Below are positions 17,264 through 22,005 of a stretch of DNA of 22,005 nt, piece after piece; position 1 is the first letter of the stretch, and each line of letters begins with the position of its first letter. Where the stretch lies: NCBI GenBank assembly GCA_009859145.1, contig VRVR01000024.1, forward strand, positions 192,799-214,803. Reading direction: 5' to 3'. A program made the translations under genes and the position numbers. Below the pieces are notes generated by a model. That model searched no databases. It was not told the DNA's origin and worked only from the letters and a program-made list of their open reading frames with translations. This DNA is from Andalucia godoyi And28 (taxonomy: Eukaryota > Protista > Jakobida).

Positions 17264-19456
17264 TATATTGTGAAAATAATAATGCATGCGCTCGTGTTTG
17301 CATGACGTGGTAGATTTGCGACGGAGAGATGCTTTTCGACTTCTTCTTCGAAGCTTTTTGATCGGATTTTGGTTGCCAATCGTGGAGAAATCGCATGTCG
17401 AGTGATGCGAACCGCTCGGAAGATGGGGATTGAGACAGTTGCCGTATACTCGGATGCAGATAAGAATGCAATGCACGTCCAAATGGCAGACCATGCTGTT
17501 CGCATCGGCAGTCCTCCTGCGCGAGAGTCGTATTTGCTTGCAGATCGCATCATCCAAGCTGCAAAGTCAACTGGCGCACAGGCGATTCACCCCGGATACG
17601 GATTCTTGTCGGAGAATGCAAAGTTTGCAGAGCAGTTGGCTGCAGATAAGCTGGTTTTTGTGGGGCCTCCTGCTTCTGCAATTCGTGCAATGGGCTCGAA
17701 ATCCGAGTCGAAACGGATCATGGAAAAGGCAAATGTACCGTGCGTCCCGGGATACCATGGAGACAACCAGGATCCAAAGTTTCTGGAAGAAACTGCGAGG
17801 AAGATTGGGTATCCCATTATGATCAAAGCAGTGTCTGGAGGTGGTGGAAAGGGAATGAGGATTGTGCATACACCCGATCAGTTCCATGAAATGCTCGAGT
17901 CTGCAAAGCGCGAAGCAAAGGCCTCGTTCAATGACGACGTAGTGCTGCTGGAACGGTACATCTCAGAACCCAGACACATTGAAGTCCAGGTTTTCGTAGA
18001 CAACATGAATAATGCCGTGTACTTGTTTGAACGCGATTGCTCTGTGCAGCGTCGCCATCAGAAGATCATTGAGGAAGCTCCTGCACCAAACCTGTCGCCC
18101 GAACAGAGACGCCAACTTGGACAGGCCGCAGTGAGCGCTGCGCTGGCGGTGGGATACCGCGGCGCAGGTACCGTGGAGTTCATCTTTGACAGGACCACGG
18201 GCCAGTTCTTCTTTATGGAGATGAACACCCGCCTCCAAGTTGAGCACCCAGTCACGGAAATGATTACGGGTACGGATTTGGTGGAATGGCAGCTGCGTGT
18301 GGCAGCCGGTGAGCGTTTGCCAAAGCTGCAGGAAGATCTCTCAATCCGCGGACATGCGTTTGAGGCTCGGGTTTACGCAGAGGACCCTGCTCGTGGCTTC
18401 TTGCCGCAGACAGGAAAGATCGCGTATCTGCGCACACCAGAGAATCTAGGCTACGCGCAGAACGCCAATGTGGACAAGACGGTCCGTGTGGACACCGGTG
18501 TTCGTGAAGGAGACACTGTTTCCGTGTTCTATGACCCGATGATTGCAAAACTTGTGTGCTGGGGTCCGTCGAGGTCCGAAGCGCTTCGAAAGTTGAACTC
18601 CTGTTTGAACTCGTTCCGAGTCGTTGGAGTCAACAACAACCTTGGATTCTTGCACTCTTTGGGGTCACACCCGTCTTTCCAGGCCGGGGATGTGTGGACT
18701 GGATTCATTCCGCAGCACGAGAAATCTCTGTTTGCGGATCACACCCCACCATATGCACAGGCTCTTGCCGCTGCCGGGTCGGTGATCTTGGACTCTTTGA
18801 AGGCTGCCCGGCAGCTGAACAAGGTTGATCCCTGGAATTCTTCCGCATTGCGCGATTTTCGTGTGAACCCAAATGCAGCTCCCATGGAGTATCCCATCAC
18901 TTTCAAGAAGGAAGGCCACAAGAACACGACGTGCAAGGTGACAGCTGGTCTTGGAAACTCATTTGACGTTCACTCACCGCATGGGGATTTTGCGTTTGCA
19001 GTTTCTGCTATCACGCCGGATGCGTATAATGAGTCTGCTGTGGATATCACTGTGCAAGTGACCAACAAGAAGACCGAGGCAGTGAGTCAGCTGGAGGCTA
19101 CGATTGTGCGTCATGCGGATGGCCGTGTATTCGTATTCCTGCCAAATACACCAGAGATTGCTTTCAACCTGGACATTCCCCAGTACGATGCCGCATCACT
19201 GGCTGCGTCTGCTGGCGGACGGAGTGCCCTTGGCACGCTGATTTCGCCGATGCCCGGCAAGATTGTCAAGGTGTTCAAGACCCAGGGCACGACTGTGAAG
19301 AAAGGCGACGCTATCGTCATTCTTGAGGCAATGAAGATGGAGCATGTGGTTCGTGCGCCGTTTGACGGTCTTTTAGAGCAAGTCGTTGCAGTGGAGCGTG
19401 AGGGGCAGATGGTCCAAGAGAAATTCTTGCTTGCAAAAATCACTCCTTCTGCATAA
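17085..19456 (+). CDS. MCCC1: 3-methylcrotonyl-CoA carboxylase alpha (biotin carboxylase + BCCP) subunit, 726 aa; exons 17085..17122 and 17314..19456
   Basis: ILVANRGEIACRV, HPGYGFLSEN, GGGGKGMR, EMNTRLQVEHPVTE, MCC-type GHAFEARVYAEDP, biotin site EAMKM. The spliced N-terminus MLSIRLRYPIAAQFATERCFSTSSSKLFDR is presequence-like. Confidence 0.95.
17123..17313 (+). other. Spliceosomal intron (191 nt, phase 2) in MCCA, containing (TG)28
   Basis: GTATGT donor at 17123 and TAG acceptor ending at 17313; the join is in frame with ORF 17369..19456. Confidence 0.88.
17207..17262. repeat. (TG)28 microsatellite
   Basis: Direct reading. Confidence 0.95.
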
Positions 19457-19472
19457 CACGCATCATTCTTGC

Positions 19473-19507
19473 TTCTGTTCTGTTCTGTTCTGTTCTGTTC
19501 TGTTCTG
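19473..19507. repeat. (TTCTG)7 pentanucleotide repeat just 3' of the MCCA stop
   Basis: Direct reading. Confidence 0.95.
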
Positions 19508-19656
19508 TGATTATTAATTTTTTTAATTTTTTTTTTTTGGTTGTTTTTAATCCGTTCCGCTCATGATCACTTAATACATCCTATCCCGAAAATCCTTTGT
19601 ATGTTGCTCTTTGTCAAAGATAAGAAGAGTAAAAAAGAAAAGAAAAAAACACGTTG

Positions 19657-21489
19657 CTATGGTCGCGAGCGAGGTGGACTCTCCACCAAATCCTTCAGCT
19701 TCTTTCTCGGAGAATGGAGAATACTCTCAAATTCCTCCACAGGAAACGACGAACGCAAACTGCTTCTTCTGGGAGAGATGTTCGGCGAGCGAGGTTCTCC
19801 AGTCACGTTCGAAACCACCGAGTCCAACACGGAGAACGGATCCACCTCTTTGTAACTGCCACGGCGACCCTTTTGCAGCTCTCGATTCACTCTTTCAACC
19901 AACAAGATACCCTCTGGAGTTCTCTTGTCAATATATGCAATCCGCGACACCACATCCGGTCGCATTTTGTTGATCTTCTGCAAATCCTTCGTCACATCAA
20001 CCCTGCTTCTCGCAGAAACCGTCACAATCTTTCCGACCTTTGGAAGTCCTCGCTTCTTTGGCTCAATCGACTCACTCTCCCTCTTTCCGGGCGACTCAGG
20101 GGCTGCGGCGTCCCGTCCGGGAGACATTTTGCCAGCAGTTGCAGACGCTCTGAGCGTGCTGGCATTTGCGGGCGTTCCCGGGACCACCGCTGTTGAAGAA
20201 GAAGAAGAAGATGCACCAGCACTAGCTGGAGGAGGAGGAAATGAAACGACATTCCTTACAGACTTGGCTGCCGCGGCCTGCGTTTCCGTGACGGTGGACA
20301 GGTTGAGAAGCGGAATGATCACCTTTGCTGGGGACTTGGGTCGCGGATTTTTCATGAATGGAGAGTACGCAACCTCCAGCACCGGTCGAATGTCTGTCAT
20401 TGTCAAATGGACTTGAGAGTTCGGTTCGGAAAACGGGTACGCTGTGGATGCATCTGTGTGCAAGACTTCTTCTACACGTGCGATTTCCGGATCATCCAAA
20501 TCTGAATCCGAGTCTCCATCTCCATCCAAACCCCCATTCCTATCATCGCTATTATTGTTTTTGAAACTACCTCTGCTTCCCATCCTGTTGGCAGGCATTG
20601 CCGTTGCGGACGTGCCACCTGTTCTTGACGAATCCGGTCCAGCCATGCCCAGTTCATAGGCACGCCACGGCTCCTTGATGACAATCACCTCATTTGTTCT
20701 CTGCGTCAACAAGAGGTCTCGAGCAGCATCAAACTGTTTTTCCAGTTGCGCTGCCCTGCGACTCTTGGTTCTCCACATCTCCGCCGCTCTGTACCAAGCC
20801 GCGATCGAGTTTCCCACGACAAGCAGCTTTCGGAGCAAATGTAACTTTTCCTGCTTCTTTTTCGCGACAAGAATGGCAGCTCGGCGAGCAAGTTCTTCCG
20901 GATCGTTATCTAGTATCGAAACTCTCTTCACCGGAGCACCACTGCTGTCTTCCAGCCGCTTCATCTGCTCGACATCCACGGCGGAAGCTCTCTTGGTCCC
21001 AATCGGTTTGAGATACTGGTCAAGCTCCGCATCGTCAAATTTGAACGAAGACTTGACTGCATCTTCGTCCAAATGCTGCATAATGATGTGAGTCGGAAGC
21101 AAATGCCCTTTTCCCGCTTCAAACACCTTCTGTATCTGCTCTGGCTTCAGCTCCCCCGCGTTCATAAGCAAGCCCCGAAGCGCTGTCGACATCTTCTTCT
21201 GTTCAACTGCAGCATCATTTTCATTATCGTGACGCCGGTGCAAATGATCGTACTTTTTCAACACTCCCTTGATCTTCTGTTCCTCCTTTTCATCCGCTAC
21301 TGACTTCCTGGTCTTGTTCATCGACAGCCGTGTCTGAGACGCGCTCATTCGAATCAGCGACTTTCGGCGCTCCTCTTCAAACTTTACAAACCGCTGTTCC
21401 GATCGCCGAAACGTCCAGTTGATCTCATCGATCTCCGTCTGAATATTCGAAATAAGTGCCGCTGTATCTGTCCGCGATGTCGAGCTCAT
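19657..21489 (-). CDS. Protein of unknown function, 610 aa: helical/coiled-coil N-terminal half, IQ-like motif, disordered S/P/R-rich C-terminal half
   Basis: Long ATG-initiated intronless ORF; IAAWYRAAEMWR at 20805..20770. Confidence 0.85.
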   Translation of the reverse strand: MSSTSRTDTAALISNIQTEIDEINWTFRRSEQRFVKFEEERRKSLIRMSASQTRLSMNKTRKSVADEKEEQKIKGVLKKYDHLHRRHDNENDAAVEQKKMSTALRGLLMNAGELKPEQIQKVFEAGKGHLLPTHIIMQHLDEDAVKSSFKFDDAELDQYLKPIGTKRASAVDVEQMKRLEDSSGAPVKRVSILDNDPEELARRAAILVAKKKQEKLHLLRKLLVVGNSIAAWYRAAEMWRTKSRRAAQLEKQFDAARDLLLTQRTNEVIVIKEPWRAYELGMAGPDSSRTGGTSATAMPANRMGSRGSFKNNNSDDRNGGLDGDGDSDSDLDDPEIARVEEVLHTDASTAYPFSEPNSQVHLTMTDIRPVLEVAYSPFMKNPRPKSPAKVIIPLLNLSTVTETQAAAAKSVRNVVSFPPPPASAGASSSSSSTAVVPGTPANASTLRASATAGKMSPGRDAAAPESPGKRESESIEPKKRGLPKVGKIVTVSARSRVDVTKDLQKINKMRPDVVSRIAYIDKRTPEGILLVERVNRELQKGRRGSYKEVDPFSVLDSVVSNVTGEPRSPNISPRRSSLRSSFPVEEFESILHSPRKKLKDLVESPPRSRP

Positions 21490-21605
21490 GATGTTTCAGC
21501 GCATAAACAACGGGAAAAAATCAACAACACTGATAGTAATGATATTAATATTAATAAATAAAGAGAAGAAAGAATAAAAGAAACTCTTTTCCTCCTCCAG
21601 ATAGT

Positions 21606-21609
21606 ACAC

Positions 21610-21645
<36 letters not shown>
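21606..21645. repeat. (CA)n microsatellite
   Basis: Direct reading. Confidence 0.9.
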
Positions 21646-21647
<2 letters not shown>

Positions 21648-21839
21648 AATGCCAATAAACAACAGTACAACATTGGAAAGAACAAGATGACGCACAGTCC
21701 ATTAATGACGCAGACTGTGGTCTCTCATCGAAGAGTGAGGAACGCATATTTTGTTTAGAGACGTTCCCAACGTTGGGAAACTTACGCCGGACTTTTCTCT
21801 GCATTGAAAGAACAGACGCAGAAAGAACAGAGGGATTGA

Positions 21840-21880
21840 AAGAGAGACAGAGAGACACAGAGAGAGAGAGAGAGAGACAC

Positions 21881-21920
<40 letters not shown>

Positions 21921-21930
21921 AGAGAGACAC

Positions 21931-21961
<31 letters not shown>

Positions 21962-22005
21962 CACACAGAGAGACAGAGAGAGAGAGAGAGAGAGACAGAG
22001 AGAAG
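21840..22005. repeat. Long compound (AG)n/(AGAGAC)n purine-rich repeat running to the window end
   Basis: Direct reading. Confidence 0.95.

Noticed and set aside
2780-19456. Many 60-180 aa antisense or alternate-frame ORFs inside ABCC, MCCB and MCCA (e.g. 12797..13303, 13547..14077)
   Set aside because: Shadow ORFs of strongly conserved CDSs with no recognisable motifs.
2780-19456. Alternative genetic code
   Set aside because: Conserved genes end in TAG (ABCC), TGA (MCCB) and TAA (MCCA), and none has an internal stop once introns are removed.
12307-19456. Propionyl-CoA or acetyl-CoA carboxylase assignment
   Set aside because: The beta subunit ends in FGVFRM and the alpha subunit has GHAFEAR, both MCC-type rather than PCC-type.
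21496-22005. ORFs 21496..21966, 21702..21920, 21782..21964 and the TH/VC-repeat ORFs near 14700 and 17200
   Set aside because: These are translations of dinucleotide microsatellites.
1-22005. CRISPR array or prokaryotic operon signals
   Set aside because: All repeats are simple tandem repeats without spacers; spliceosomal introns and eukaryotic genes show this is nuclear DNA.

Overview
Gene-dense, intron-poor eukaryotic (protist-like) nuclear DNA using the standard code (TAA, TAG and TGA all end conserved genes). Well-supported genes: NDUFB2-like complex I subunit (spliced, -), short ABCC/MRP transporter (-), LYAR zinc-finger protein (+), TMEM106/LEA_2-like membrane protein (-), and both 3-methylcrotonyl-CoA carboxylase subunits (MCCB and MCCA, each with one 5'-proximal intron, same strand, about 2.9 kb apart). 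Several genes of unknown function and many microsatellites are also present. Main leads: (1) the operon-like MCC alpha/beta cluster; (2) a TMEM106-like protein in an apparently non-metazoan genome; (3) a 13-bp inverted repeat with a possible target-site duplication around a 620-bp intergenic segment; (4) an unresolved small locus just upstream of MCCA, read either as a spliced + strand micro-gene or, weakly, as a UGA/Sec ORF with a SECIS-like pattern; (5) a PH-like domain apparently split by a transmembrane hairpin. All homology calls come from recalled motif comparison by eye; no searches were run, and the organism cannot be assigned from this window.
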